A stretch of DNA of 64,000 bases from an uncultured Candidatus Saccharibacteria bacterium (GTDB taxonomy: Bacteria; Patescibacteriota; Doudnabacteria; UBA920), in contig CAYVNU010000002.1 in assembly GCA_964453265.1 (NCBI GenBank), positions 40,619 through 104,618 on the forward strand. The letters run 5' to 3'. Both the position numbers and the translations under genes were made by a program. Positions 17,774 through 28,387 of this stretch are shown piece by piece. How positions within the stretch are numbered: position 1 is the stretch's first letter; every line of letters starts with the position of its first letter. Below the pieces are notes generated by a model, which saw only the letters and a list, made by a program, of their open reading frames with translations, was not told the origin of the DNA and did no database searches.

Positions 17774-19555
17774 TCAAACGATTTTATGAACCTGACCTGG
17801 CTTTATTACTGTTTTAGTGTTTACAGGATTTATGATTTTATTTATATTGTCAGCATCGTGGATATCTGCATTTTTTTGGTTTCCAATACTTTTATTAAGA
17901 TCTCCTAACTGACGCTGTTTTTTTTCTCTTTCTAAATTAGCTATTGTATTCCAGATTGGATTTTCTTTTTTTCCTTCAGTTTTTTTTGTATTATTTTTTT
18001 TCTCAGAAAATTTAGGATTTTGATGAATTTTTGTTTTAAAATCTTTTTTTGATTTAACAACTTCTTCGTGGGGCTTACTCGAAAAAGTTTGTGTTATAGG
18101 TTTTACAGCTATTTCCCGACTGCTTGTATCAGGAGTTTTTACCAAAGGTTTTTCAGGCAAGGCTGTAATTTGTTCTATGTTATTCAAATTTAAATCAGTA
18201 TTTTCATTTTCCAAATCCTCAGAGCTATCTTTTAAAATAGCTGTCTCCTCATGAAATTCCGCACCCATCCAACGAGAAATTTTTTCTTCTACATCTAAAA
18301 CAGGGTTAGTATACCTCTCTCTGGAAACTTTTATAACTTTGTCAAAATTACCGGAATAATATTCGGGGTTTGGAGATAAGGTAATGGCAGAAAACGGTTC
18401 ACTAGCAACGCCATTTATCATTAATTTTAAAATAATTTGATATTTAGGCAGGTTTACCATGTCGTTTGGCGTAAAAATCGGTTCAAATTCAGTTTCTAAA
18501 AACTCCGCGTCAGCAGCACCAATCCTAAACAACACAATTGTTCCCACGTTTCCAAAAATAGCGTCTCTAACTTTTGTACTACGATCTTGTTCTAACTGAG
18601 CAATGTACTGATGCCCGACAATCAAATTTAAGCGGTATTTTCTGGCTTCACTTAAAATTGTCGCGAAACTTTCAGTGGCAAAATTTTGAAATTCATCAAC
18701 GTACAAATAAAAATCTTTTCTTTCGTGCTCAGGAATGTCTGTTCTTGACATGGCTGCAAGTTGAAGTTTTGTTACCACCATTGCCCCCAAAAGGGCGCTG
18801 TTGTCTTCGCCTACTTTACCTTTAGACAAATCCATAATTAAGATTTTGCGCTTATCCATTATTTCGCGCAAATCTATTGTGCTTTTCGGCTGGCCAACAA
18901 TATTTCTAATAATGCCGCTAGATAAAAATTGTCCTACTTTATTTTGAATAGGGGCAATAGCTTCTGTTCTATACTTCTCATTATAATTAGCAAATTCATC
19001 GACCCAGAAAGCCTTAACCATAGGGTCTTTAATATTATCAACAATTTTCTTTCTATACTTTTTATCAACATACATTCTGGTAATACCTAAAAGAGTATTG
19101 CCAGGGCTATCTAGCAAAGCCAAAATTGTATTATTTAAAATATATTCCATTCTCGCTGACCATAAGTTTGCCCAAATTTTAGTAAATACACCCATAAGCC
19201 CGCTAGCTACCAAATGTTTATATTTAGCGTCAACAGCCTCTAAAATATTAAATGCTACGGGAAATTCCAAATCAGCTGGGTTAAAATATATTACGTCATT
19301 AACACGGTTAGATGGGATGGAATTTAATATTCTTTGAACTGAGTCTCCGTGCGGGTCTAAAAACGCCACACCATTGCCGTTACGGATATCCTGAATGACC
19401 ATATTTTCCATTAATGTGGTTTTACCCATTCCCGTTTTACCAATTAAGTACATGTGCCTTCTTCGATCATCGGTTTTAATACCAAAAGCCACATCTTTAT
19501 TTCGGAAGTTGGTTTTAGCAAAAACAGTAATTTTGTTTTCTTGATTATTTTCCAT
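17774..19555 (-). CDS. AAA-like ATPase of the TraD/VirD4 coupling-protein (AAA_10/TraG-D_C) family
   Basis: N-terminal Walker A (LIGKTGMGKTT) followed by FLDPHGD, a Walker B (LYVDEFQNF), and a Lys/Asn-rich tail of about 130 aa. Confidence 0.65.
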   Translation of the reverse strand: MENNQENKITVFAKTNFRNKDVAFGIKTDDRRRHMYLIGKTGMGKTTLMENMVIQDIRNGNGVAFLDPHGDSVQRILNSIPSNRVNDVIYFNPADLEFPVAFNILEAVDAKYKHLVASGLMGVFTKIWANLWSARMEYILNNTILALLDSPGNTLLGITRMYVDKKYRKKIVDNIKDPMVKAFWVDEFANYNEKYRTEAIAPIQNKVGQFLSSGIIRNIVGQPKSTIDLREIMDKRKILIMDLSKGKVGEDNSALLGAMVVTKLQLAAMSRTDIPEHERKDFYLYVDEFQNFATESFATILSEARKYRLNLIVGHQYIAQLEQDRSTKVRDAIFGNVGTIVLFRIGAADAEFLETEFEPIFTPNDMVNLPKYQIILKLMINGVASEPFSAITLSPNPEYYSGNFDKVIKVSRERYTNPVLDVEEKISRWMGAEFHEETAILKDSSEDLENENTDLNLNNIEQITALPEKPLVKTPDTSSREIAVKPITQTFSSKPHEEVVKSKKDFKTKIHQNPKFSEKKNNTKKTEGKKENPIWNTIANLEREKKQRQLGDLNKSIGNQKNADIHDADNINKIINPVNTKTVIKPGQVHKIV

Positions 19556-19559
19556 AAAT

Positions 19560-20897
19560 TTAATATTCTGCTATTGGTAAATTAGGAGGGGCTTGCGACC
19601 TGCGACTATTAGTTTTCTCTATTGCTGTAGGTACTGTTGTAGTCTTAGTTGTTATTGGGAAATGATACAAAGTCGCAATCTCTTCAACATTTAATACATA
19701 CATAGGTGAGCCGATATGAATCTCCCTATTTTTAAACCCTTTGAGTATATACTTTTTTTTCTTATTTAGAATTTTTTGCAAATAAAGTTGTTCTAAAGTT
19801 TTAGAAAATTTATACTCTGCACTAGTCCAAGTATTGCCGTCGGGCTTTAATTTATTTGTCATACTAGAACCAAGAGGTCTGTATGAGCCAATTATTAAAC
19901 TTTTTTTATTTGCATCAAATTTATCTTTATGAGCAATGTATAAAAAACGGATTTTGGTTTTGTAGCCGGGTTTACTAATCTTCCTTTCAATGAGACTAAC
20001 GCGATCTTTCTCAGCTTCCGTCATACTCATCCAATTATTTTTGGGTTTATTTTCTTCAGCTCCGTGATCATGACCGTGACCTCCACCCAATATTGAATTT
20101 TTTAAATCAAATTGAGAAAATTTAGAAACCGGAGCCATTAAAGCACCGCTATACGAAACCTCGTGAGCACGCTCTTCGCCGATCAAATCTTTAATTTTAT
20201 CCTCCCCTTTTGGCTTCCATTCTTCGTCTGCCAGAGGCTGAATAATAATTTGTGTTGCAAAAAGTTCGTGTGGATTCATTTTTCCCATACCTTCAAAAAA
20301 GTTTGAAAGCGGATCAATAACCGTTTCTTCTGCTGCAGGATGTTCAAAATCTTTATACGTTTTTAAAGGTATAACTTCCGATTCAACTAACTTCCATTCA
20401 GTTCCCCAAATTTCAAAATCGCCCGGATTTTCTGGATCAAAAGAAAAATTCTCCAAGTAATCATTGCATTCTGTAATTTCAGCCTGTTGATACTGCGAAT
20501 AAAAAGCAGCTTCTACTAACTCTTTTGTCTTTTTTGGCACCCTTAGTATAAATGAAACTTTACCACCCAAACTAACAATTTCCAAACTATACCAAAGCTG
20601 AATTTGTCCTTCTACATATTTATCAGGAAAAGTTTTGGCTGAATGCAAAGCATGCATTTGTGTAAAAATACTCTCCACTGCTAAAGTACTGACTAAGTTT
20701 TCTTTCGGAACTTTAATGCTTAAAAAAATCCATTCCTGACTGTGCACGAACTGATGTTGAATTTCATGCAAATAGGTTTTCCAAAGCAAATAAATAGCAG
20801 CCAAAGCAAAAATTACCCAGCCGCCATTTATAAAAAAGATTCCGAAAATTTTAAATATTTCCAAAAACTGCGGGGTTATATTAGAAAATATTTGCAT
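19560..20897 (-). CDS. Hypothetical membrane protein, operonic with the TraD/VirD4-like ATPase
   Basis: N-terminal TM pair and a 445-aa body. Only 5 nt separate it from the ATPase gene. Confidence 0.6.
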   Translation of the reverse strand: MQIFSNITPQFLEIFKIFGIFFINGGWVIFALAAIYLLWKTYLHEIQHQFVHSQEWIFLSIKVPKENLVSTLAVESIFTQMHALHSAKTFPDKYVEGQIQLWYSLEIVSLGGKVSFILRVPKKTKELVEAAFYSQYQQAEITECNDYLENFSFDPENPGDFEIWGTEWKLVESEVIPLKTYKDFEHPAAEETVIDPLSNFFEGMGKMNPHELFATQIIIQPLADEEWKPKGEDKIKDLIGEERAHEVSYSGALMAPVSKFSQFDLKNSILGGGHGHDHGAEENKPKNNWMSMTEAEKDRVSLIERKISKPGYKTKIRFLYIAHKDKFDANKKSLIIGSYRPLGSSMTNKLKPDGNTWTSAEYKFSKTLEQLYLQKILNKKKKYILKGFKNREIHIGSPMYVLNVEEIATLYHFPITTKTTTVPTAIEKTNSRRSQAPPNLPIAEY

Positions 20898-20918
20898 TTT
20901 GTTTTAGTTTAAATAACT

Positions 20919-22058
20919 TTAGGCTGCGATTTCGTAAAGATTTTTTCCAACTTTTTTGAATTGTTTTTTGTCTGATAGACCGACTAAAATTGTATTTTTC
21001 TTTACTACACGTCTTTTTAAAACTTCTTCTACAATTTTCTCTTTTGGAAGTGGTTGTTTTAATTCTAATAGGATTTCACGGATAACATCCGATACAACGC
21101 CAGACTTATAACCCCATTCTGACAACGCGTAAATTCCCCTTCCAATTAAAATAAAGCGCCTGTCTTTTATTAATTCGTTGTGCACTGTTTCTTTATAAGC
21201 TGTTCTTGAATCAAAACCAGCTTTATTTATCATTTCTGTAATTACCGAGTAATGCTCAGGCTTTTTATGGAACTTCATAACCAAATAAGCTTTATCACCT
21301 ACATCTTTTGGCTTAATTTCCTTCCAAAAATTCATTCCCCAAAGCCCAAAAACATTCTTTTCTATTTCTATCGCTAGATCCAAAAAATTGAGTATGATTT
21401 TATCATTTAAATCCTGTTGATTTGCAATATAAAACTCAGTTTTTTTAAAATTTTCTAAAAATTCATGGGCAGCCATAGGAACACTAGAGGTAATAAAAAT
21501 TTGTTTGGTATGCTCAGTAAATTTATGTACCACATCATCCTTAAACAAGGTATGTACCCAAGATTTTTTGTAGTTTTGATGAATAAAATTTTCTATCTCA
21601 TCTATTAAACTTAGCAAAAAAACTACTGCGTTTTTTTCTGTTTCAGTTTTTAAATTTAAGTAAAGAAATAAATTTTCTTCAGCTATAATTTTTCCGTGTT
21701 CTAAAATAACATTTATTAAAAATTCTTTTGTTTGCAAAAATGCTTTATTGCTTGAAGAAGTTTTTCTAAGCTGCTTAATAATGTCTTTTTCAATTTGCCT
21801 AACTCTCTCCCTAGTTAAACCCTGTTCCTGACCAATAGAAGCTAGGGTTTTTGCCTGGTTACCAAGCAAACCGTAGCGATGAATAAGGATTTTTTTATCT
21901 CTTTCCTTCAGCATTGCCAAAATTTCCTCAACCACCCTATTTGGTTCAAAGGTGTTTAAAGATTCTTGCTGCTTTGTTGTAATTATTGTGTCTAAAATTC
22001 CCATTTCAGTAAAATAAATTATCGGATTTAGTATAGCATAAACTTGTTTACTTGTCAA
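20919..22058 (-). CDS. Sigma-70 region-4 (HTH) domain protein with a long C-terminal domain of unknown function
   Basis: Residues about 45-100 (DKKILIHRYGL...LTRERVRQIEKDIIKQLRK) match sigma-70 regions 4.1/4.2. No region 2 is present. Uses a TTG start. Confidence 0.6.
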   Translation of the reverse strand: MTSKQVYAILNPIIYFTEMGILDTIITTKQQESLNTFEPNRVVEEILAMLKERDKKILIHRYGLLGNQAKTLASIGQEQGLTRERVRQIEKDIIKQLRKTSSSNKAFLQTKEFLINVILEHGKIIAEENLFLYLNLKTETEKNAVVFLLSLIDEIENFIHQNYKKSWVHTLFKDDVVHKFTEHTKQIFITSSVPMAAHEFLENFKKTEFYIANQQDLNDKIILNFLDLAIEIEKNVFGLWGMNFWKEIKPKDVGDKAYLVMKFHKKPEHYSVITEMINKAGFDSRTAYKETVHNELIKDRRFILIGRGIYALSEWGYKSGVVSDVIREILLELKQPLPKEKIVEEVLKRRVVKKNTILVGLSDKKQFKKVGKNLYEIAA

Positions 22059-22074
22059 TTACAATGATTAAATT

Positions 22075-22102
22075 AAAAACCCTCTTAAATAAGAGGGTTT
22101 TT
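22075..22102 (-). terminator. Terminator hairpin downstream of secF
   Basis: aaaaaccctcttaaataagagggttttt. Confidence 0.5.
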
Positions 22103-22118
22103 AAAAAAAAGATTACAC

Positions 22119-23006
22119 TTATTTCGTTTTCCACTTTTGCCAAACAACTAGTACCGGACTTGCTATAAAAATTGAGGAATAGGTTCCGACAATAACACCA
22201 ACAAACAAGGCCAAAACGAAATATCTAATTGTCTCACCCCCGAATAATAAAAGCGATAATAACACAAACAGCACTGTTAAGCTCGTGTTTAATGAACGGA
22301 CTATAGTTTGTGCAATACTATGATTAACAACATAATCTATAGACTGTCCTGGATAAATTTTTAAATTTTCTCGAATTCTGTCAAACACAACAATTGTGTC
22401 ATGTACCGAAAAACCAAGCACGGTTAACATGGCAGTAACGAACAAACTGTCTACTTCAACACCCTTATAATGCCCTAATATTGAGAATAAACCTAAAACA
22501 AACAACAAGTCGTGAAGCAAAGCAATAATAGCAGACCAGCCAAATCTCCAAGAAGTTACGGGCTTAGCTACTTTTCTAAAAGCATAACCAATATAAGCAA
22601 CAATACCAAACGAAACTAAAAGTAACTGATAAATAGCATTCTTTTTTAATTCTTTGCCAATAATTGGGCCAATAGAATCTAATTTTGTCTCACTAAACTC
22701 CCCTGCTGACTTAGAAATATTTAAAAGCATCTGGTCATGTCTTTCTTTTTCCAGACTTTCAGTCTTTATAATCAATTGATTGTTTTCGGCTGATTGAAGC
22801 TGAAAATTACCAATACCGCTCTTTGTCACGGCTTCCTGAACTTTATTTAATTCAAAAGCATTTTTAAACTGAATTTCTGTTAATGTCCCGCCTTTAAAAT
22901 CAATACCCAGCTTCAAACCATAAAAAGACAGGGAAAAAATTCCAAAAATTAAAATTAAAGCTGAAATTGTAAACCAAAACTTGTAATATTTTAAGGTATT
23001 AAACAT
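22119..23006 (-). CDS. secF: Protein translocase subunit SecF
   Basis: 295-aa six-TM protein with the SecD/SecF signature, placed immediately after secD. Confidence 0.9.
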   Translation of the reverse strand: MFNTLKYYKFWFTISALILIFGIFSLSFYGLKLGIDFKGGTLTEIQFKNAFELNKVQEAVTKSGIGNFQLQSAENNQLIIKTESLEKERHDQMLLNISKSAGEFSETKLDSIGPIIGKELKKNAIYQLLLVSFGIVAYIGYAFRKVAKPVTSWRFGWSAIIALLHDLLFVLGLFSILGHYKGVEVDSLFVTAMLTVLGFSVHDTIVVFDRIRENLKIYPGQSIDYVVNHSIAQTIVRSLNTSLTVLFVLLSLLLFGGETIRYFVLALFVGVIVGTYSSIFIASPVLVVWQKWKTK

Positions 23007-23038
23007 AAAGTTTAGAATTTTATAAGGTTGAAGTTAAT

Positions 23039-24520
23039 TTAATTATTATTGCTTTTCTTTTTAGAGACTCCAAATAACCACGGGTGGCTTAAAATGTTGT
23101 TACCGACAAAAAGTTTTAAAAATGTTCTGGTAACAGAAATAGCAGTAAACATTGAAATTAAAATACCAATCCCTAGTGTGACTGCAAACCCCTTGATTGA
23201 CGGAGTGCCAAAAATATAAAGTATGGCGGTTGTAATTAAGCTAGACATATTTGAATCTCTTATAGACAGCCAGGCTCTAGCAAAACCATCATCCACTGCT
23301 TTATGAATTTCTTTTCCAACCCTAATTTCTTCTTTAACTCTTTCAAAGATTAAAATATTCGCGTCAACAGCCATACCAATAGATAAAATAAAACCGGCAA
23401 TACCAGCCAAAGTTAAAGTCACCGGCGACAAGCCATTTAATAGCATTAAAATAATGTAACTTATTAAAGCAGCTGCGCCAAACCATGCATTTACAGTTAA
23501 TCCTAAGAAAAAGAAAGCTCCCACCAAAACCAAAGCTGTAAATGATAAACCTATTTTGAAAACGGCAAAAGAAACCAAAGCGTATATTATTAAAGCCAAA
23601 ACTGCCAATAAACCAGGGAAACGGTAATACATAATCATAAATAATGCTATAAGCAATACACCAATTAAACCCGCTACCACAGACTTATGAACAGATTCCT
23701 TACCCAAAGTCGCGCCAACATTTTGTTGGGAAATTAATTTAATTGGCACTGGTAGTGCACCGCTATTAAGTCTGGTAGCTAAATCTTTAGCCTGCTGGGT
23801 AGTAAAGTTACCTGTTATTATTGCTACTCCGTCGGTAATAGCATTTTGAACAGTGGGTGTGCTAATTGGCTGGCCGTCTAAAATAATTGCTACAGGCTTG
23901 CCGACATTAGCAGAAGTTATTTCCCCGAATAATTTTTTTCCTTCATTGTTAAATTCCAAACGAACTACAACTTGATTATCCAAACTCCTGCCTTGCTGAA
24001 AATCCACCGAAGCTCTGGAAAGCTGTTTACCGGAAAGACCGGTAGACTGCCATTGACCTAATGGATCTAAAGTAATCTGTCCGTTTGTGTCGGGTTTAAC
24101 CTCCGTCGGTTTTGGATTTACGACCATAAATTCCAGATACGGGGTTTGGCCGATTTGCTTAATGGCTTCGTTTACATCTTTGATACCAGGAAGCTCAACA
24201 ATAATTCTATCTGTGCCTGCAACCTGAACTAACGGCTCAGAAACACCAAAGCTGTTTACTCTTCTTTCTATAGTGTCCCTGATTGAATTTAAAGCATCAG
24301 CTCTGTCTTCCGGCTTTATGTCTTTAAAATCTGCTTGGTAAACCAAGTGGCTACCGCCCTGCAAATCTAAACCTAAATGCACCTTAAATTCTTGTTTATA
24401 AGGAATTTTAATTTTATTTAAATCTATTTTACTGCCCTTTGGATGATCTATATACAGAGCAGCTGCGGCCATTAAAACTATAAAAAATAACGAGCTAAAG
24501 AGTTTAAATTTTGGATGCAT
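23039..24520 (-). CDS. secD: Protein translocase subunit SecD
   Basis: 493 aa with a periplasmic domain and a C-terminal six-TM block containing GLDLQGG. Confidence 0.9.
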   Translation of the reverse strand: MHPKFKLFSSLFFIVLMAAAALYIDHPKGSKIDLNKIKIPYKQEFKVHLGLDLQGGSHLVYQADFKDIKPEDRADALNSIRDTIERRVNSFGVSEPLVQVAGTDRIIVELPGIKDVNEAIKQIGQTPYLEFMVVNPKPTEVKPDTNGQITLDPLGQWQSTGLSGKQLSRASVDFQQGRSLDNQVVVRLEFNNEGKKLFGEITSANVGKPVAIILDGQPISTPTVQNAITDGVAIITGNFTTQQAKDLATRLNSGALPVPIKLISQQNVGATLGKESVHKSVVAGLIGVLLIALFMIMYYRFPGLLAVLALIIYALVSFAVFKIGLSFTALVLVGAFFFLGLTVNAWFGAAALISYIILMLLNGLSPVTLTLAGIAGFILSIGMAVDANILIFERVKEEIRVGKEIHKAVDDGFARAWLSIRDSNMSSLITTAILYIFGTPSIKGFAVTLGIGILISMFTAISVTRTFLKLFVGNNILSHPWLFGVSKKKSNNN

Positions 24521-24598
24521 ATTTGATTATATCTTTTAATTCAAATAAATCTGGCTTTCGCTATTATAGCAAAATCGCGATTTTTGGCAATGCCGAGG

Positions 24599-25279
24599 TT
24601 AATTTATATAAATATACCCCATCATTGCCTTAACTTTTTTAGGCTTATCACGTCTAAACGAAAAATATTTATCTTTGCTGCAATATGTACAAATATTTGA
24701 AGATTTAATATTTCTTTTTGAGACTCCGGCTAAAATAATTCGATTTTTTATAATTTTAGGCAAATCAACATAATATTTAAAGTTTTGTTTTACGAGTGCT
24801 TGTTTGTAACTACAAAATTTACTTAAAACATCCTTCTTTACTTCAAAATGACATTTTTGAATGCCGGGGCCAACATAAACTTTTAAGGTTTTAAAAGGTT
24901 TTAAGTATTTTAAACAATTTGGCAAAAGTCTATTAATACTCCCCCTCCAACCACAATGCGCAATACCAATAATTTTTGATGATGTGTTATAAAAATAAAT
25001 TGGAAAACAGTCAGCAAAACTTAAAGTTAAAACAATATTTTTTTTAGAAGTCAATAAAGCATCATAGTCTTTATAAACAACATCTTTATTTATACTTGAA
25101 ATAAATTTAGCTCTGGAAGTATGCTTTTGAATTGAGGAAATTATTGGAATTTTTGCAGAAATTTGTTTAGCTATAAATTTTTTGCGGTTAATTAAAGCAC
25201 TTAAATCTGTTTTTTCAATTTTCATTTGACCATCCGTGCTGTCTGAAAAACCAAATTTAACTTTTTTATTAAAGCGCAT
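24599..25279 (-). CDS. pgeF: YfiH/PgeF-family protein (DUF152 purine-nucleoside phosphorylase / laccase-domain protein)
   Basis: Contains ADCFPIYFY, IAHCGWRG and the CTYC C-terminal motif. Confidence 0.75.
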   Translation of the reverse strand: MRFNKKVKFGFSDSTDGQMKIEKTDLSALINRKKFIAKQISAKIPIISSIQKHTSRAKFISSINKDVVYKDYDALLTSKKNIVLTLSFADCFPIYFYNTSSKIIGIAHCGWRGSINRLLPNCLKYLKPFKTLKVYVGPGIQKCHFEVKKDVLSKFCSYKQALVKQNFKYYVDLPKIIKNRIILAGVSKRNIKSSNICTYCSKDKYFSFRRDKPKKVKAMMGYIYIN

Positions 25280-27809
25280 TTAAAAACTCCTGTAATATTT
25301 TTCCGTCTCGTCTTAGCCAATCGGCATTGGAACGAATTTTTTCTAAAGTTTGCTTTAAAGATCTGGCAGCACCAGGAGCTTTATGAATTTTAAAAAACTT
25401 TTCAATTTTTTTAGCGTCTTTCTCTGAATAAAAATTATCCATAGCGCCAATTAATCTCGAAATCATACTTAGGCCTGAAGAATATTTTTCCGTTAATTTT
25501 TTCCAATTTTCAAAAATGAAATCAAGCGCTAAACTTGCACCATCGGGATTTTTTAAAACTCCGACTAAAATAAACGGTGCATCCTGGTCGCGAACTTTAG
25601 AGCTCATGGCAAATTTCAAAGTTTTTAAAAGCAGTTTTTTGTTACTAAATTGGGTCAAGGCTCTACCAATCCTATCTTTTTCGGACTGCAAGGATTCTTT
25701 TTCGTACATATTTATAAATTGTGCGTGTTCTTTCTGGGCACCGTCTTTAGCAACCGCATAATACAAAACTGCTTTTAAATTAACATCTACTGTTTTGCCG
25801 GCAAATAAACTTTTTGCTTTTTGGATTGTTTTTTTATGCCCCCATTTTACAGCCTGCTGCAAAACCAAGGTTCTTAAAAAAACCGCCGAACTTTCTTCTT
25901 TACTTTTTGCCTTAAAACTTGTCTGTTCTAAAATTTTTGAAAAAACTACTAAGGCAAAGTTCTTGTATTTTTCCGAATTCTCTATTTGCCTGGCAATGCC
26001 CCCAATTAAAGAAAGACCGAATGCCATAATTAGCCAAACGTTATAATCATTTTCAGTTTGATAATTTTTTACAAAGTCCAGTGCTTCTTTTGCATCCATA
26101 TGTCCTGACTCGGCCAAAGAAAACACATCACGTAAAACACCTAACCTGTCAGAAGCGCCAAGCTGTTTTGTTTTAACCGCTTTGCCTGTTTCCCTTAACA
26201 TTTGAGTCGGATACTTGGTTCTAAATAAACCTGTTTCCCCGGAATTAAATTTTAACCATGTTTTATTTTTCTTTGGCAAAACCATTTCAGCTTGCGTAAA
26301 CAAAAACTTCTCATGTGATTTTTTACCAAAACTTATATTTAAAGGTATTTGCCACACATTTTTATCTTGATTACTTTTGCCAAAAAGCGCGCTGGAATAA
26401 AATCTACTTTGGCTAATTAATAAATTTTTGGGTTTTTCTGTAATTTTAATAAGCGGATAGCCGGGCTTTAGCGTCCAATTTTTCATGATTTCTAAAACCG
26501 GTTTTTTTGAGACTTTTTCAAAAGCCTGCCATAAATGCACAGTGGAAGTATTTTTATAGGAGTGAGTTTTTAAATAATATCTAAGCCCGTCTCTAAAATT
26601 TTTCGCACCTAAATACTCAGCGAGCATACGGATTACCACCGAACCTTTGGCATAACTGACAGCGTCAAAAATTTCGCTAATTTCTTCCGGATGATTTACA
26701 TTAACTTCAATCGGATGGGTATTTGAAAGAGCGTCCAGCTCCATAGCGGAATTAAATCTTTCCGCAACATATTGCTGCCAAATTTTCCAGTTTGGGAAAA
26801 GAGCGTCAACGCATAAGTACTCCATGTAAGAGGCAAAACCTTCATTAAGCCACAAATGCGTCCACCATTCCATGGTTACTAAATTACCAAACCATTGATG
26901 CGCGATTTCATGGGCAATAACAATGGCAACCCACTGTTTATTTGTTAACGAAGATTTTTCTTCATCTATTAAAAGCGCGGATTCCCTATAAGTAATTGCG
27001 CCCCAGTTTTCCATAGCAGCACTGCTAAAATCCGGAATCGCTATCATGTCGAGCACAGGCAATGGATAATTTATGGCGAAATATTTTTCATAAAATTCTA
27101 ATGCCTTTACTGCGGTCATAAGGGCAAATTTTGCCTGATGTTTTTTGCCGCGCGTGGTAAAAACCCGTACCTTCACCCCCCTTTTAGTTTTTGCTTCAAT
27201 AAACTCAAAATCACCTACAATAAAAGCCAACAAATAAGTAGACATTTTAGGCGTAGGCTCAAACTTGACCAGCTTATAGCCTGGCGAATGTTCAATAATT
27301 TGCGACTCAACAGTATTTGAAATAGCTGTTAAACCTTCAGGCACAGCAATACTTACGTCAAAAACCGCTTTTTGAGCCGGTTCATCGAAGCAAGGAAAGG
27401 CTCTGCGGGCATCTGTTGCTTCAAATTGGGTTGTAGCAAGGTGTTTTTCCTTGCCCTCGTGCACATAACGGCTCCTATAAAAACCCCTCATTTTATCGTT
27501 TAAAACGCCTTGAAAATTTAAGCTTAAAGCACCTTTGCCTTTTGGCAATTTACCCTTGAATTTGATTGTAACTGTTTCAGTCTTTTCATTGTAAACCAAG
27601 TCTTTTGCTTTATAAACGGCATTTTTTATTTTATAAAAAGGCTCAGTAATTTTTAATTCTTTTGAGTGTAAAGTCAACTCCGCTGTCGGTTTATTTAAAA
27701 CCAGTTCAATTGATTCTTGCCCTAAAAAAGTAAAGCCGTTTAAATTCGGCTTTAAAAATATTGTATAGTTTTCCGGCTTTACATGCGCCGACAATCTTGT
27801 ATGCTTCAT
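25269..27809 (-). CDS. pepN: Aminopeptidase N (M1 zinc metallopeptidase)
   Basis: GAMEN-like AMENWG, the HEIAHQWFGN zincin motif, LNEGFASY, and a length of 846 aa. Confidence 0.9.
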   Translation of the reverse strand: MKHTRLSAHVKPENYTIFLKPNLNGFTFLGQESIELVLNKPTAELTLHSKELKITEPFYKIKNAVYKAKDLVYNEKTETVTIKFKGKLPKGKGALSLNFQGVLNDKMRGFYRSRYVHEGKEKHLATTQFEATDARRAFPCFDEPAQKAVFDVSIAVPEGLTAISNTVESQIIEHSPGYKLVKFEPTPKMSTYLLAFIVGDFEFIEAKTKRGVKVRVFTTRGKKHQAKFALMTAVKALEFYEKYFAINYPLPVLDMIAIPDFSSAAMENWGAITYRESALLIDEEKSSLTNKQWVAIVIAHEIAHQWFGNLVTMEWWTHLWLNEGFASYMEYLCVDALFPNWKIWQQYVAERFNSAMELDALSNTHPIEVNVNHPEEISEIFDAVSYAKGSVVIRMLAEYLGAKNFRDGLRYYLKTHSYKNTSTVHLWQAFEKVSKKPVLEIMKNWTLKPGYPLIKITEKPKNLLISQSRFYSSALFGKSNQDKNVWQIPLNISFGKKSHEKFLFTQAEMVLPKKNKTWLKFNSGETGLFRTKYPTQMLRETGKAVKTKQLGASDRLGVLRDVFSLAESGHMDAKEALDFVKNYQTENDYNVWLIMAFGLSLIGGIARQIENSEKYKNFALVVFSKILEQTSFKAKSKEESSAVFLRTLVLQQAVKWGHKKTIQKAKSLFAGKTVDVNLKAVLYYAVAKDGAQKEHAQFINMYEKESLQSEKDRIGRALTQFSNKKLLLKTLKFAMSSKVRDQDAPFILVGVLKNPDGASLALDFIFENWKKLTEKYSSGLSMISRLIGAMDNFYSEKDAKKIEKFFKIHKAPGAARSLKQTLEKIRSNADWLRRDGKILQEFLNAL

Positions 27810-28387
27810 TGATTTTTTAATAAATAATTTTTTAATTTAGTAGCCGCAATTACTCGGGGATTAAAACTATATAATCTATTTTCCTTTAATTCAGCCGAAG
27901 TTTTAAGGCTGCCCTTTGGCTGCAAAATCGGATCAAAACCAAAGCCGCCTCTACCTTTTGGCTTTACTATTTTGCCGGACATAGCTCCGGTAAAATATTT
28001 AATCTGGTTGTTTTCTTTCGCGTACGCAATAGTTATTTTATATTTAGCTCCGGGTTTTTTTGCTTGAGCAGTTAAATTAACAATATCCAAATTACTCATG
28101 GCCTGCAAAAACCACTTTATGAGTGTGCCGGGAAATTTATAATTAAACGCTTCTAAATTTAGGTTGCCGTCTTCAATAATAAACTCGCCTTTATGATGCT
28201 TAAAAGCTTCCTTTAGCTTATGCTCAATAACTTTTCTCGGATCCAGCTCCTGAATTTCCACCAAGTCGATTTCTAGCTGCTCAACCGGAATCGGAGAAAG
28301 AAGCTTTTGCATTTCTTTAAATTTATTTTTATTGCCGGTTATAAACTTTAACATGGGCTTAATTGTTTTGGTATTTAATTTCGTCAA
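27806..28387 (-). CDS. rdgB: Non-canonical purine NTP pyrophosphatase (RdgB/Ham1 ITPase)
   Basis: FITGNKNKFKEM at the N-terminus and the GFGFDPI motif. Confidence 0.8.
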   Translation of the reverse strand: MTKLNTKTIKPMLKFITGNKNKFKEMQKLLSPIPVEQLEIDLVEIQELDPRKVIEHKLKEAFKHHKGEFIIEDGNLNLEAFNYKFPGTLIKWFLQAMSNLDIVNLTAQAKKPGAKYKITIAYAKENNQIKYFTGAMSGKIVKPKGRGGFGFDPILQPKGSLKTSAELKENRLYSFNPRVIAATKLKNYLLKNQ

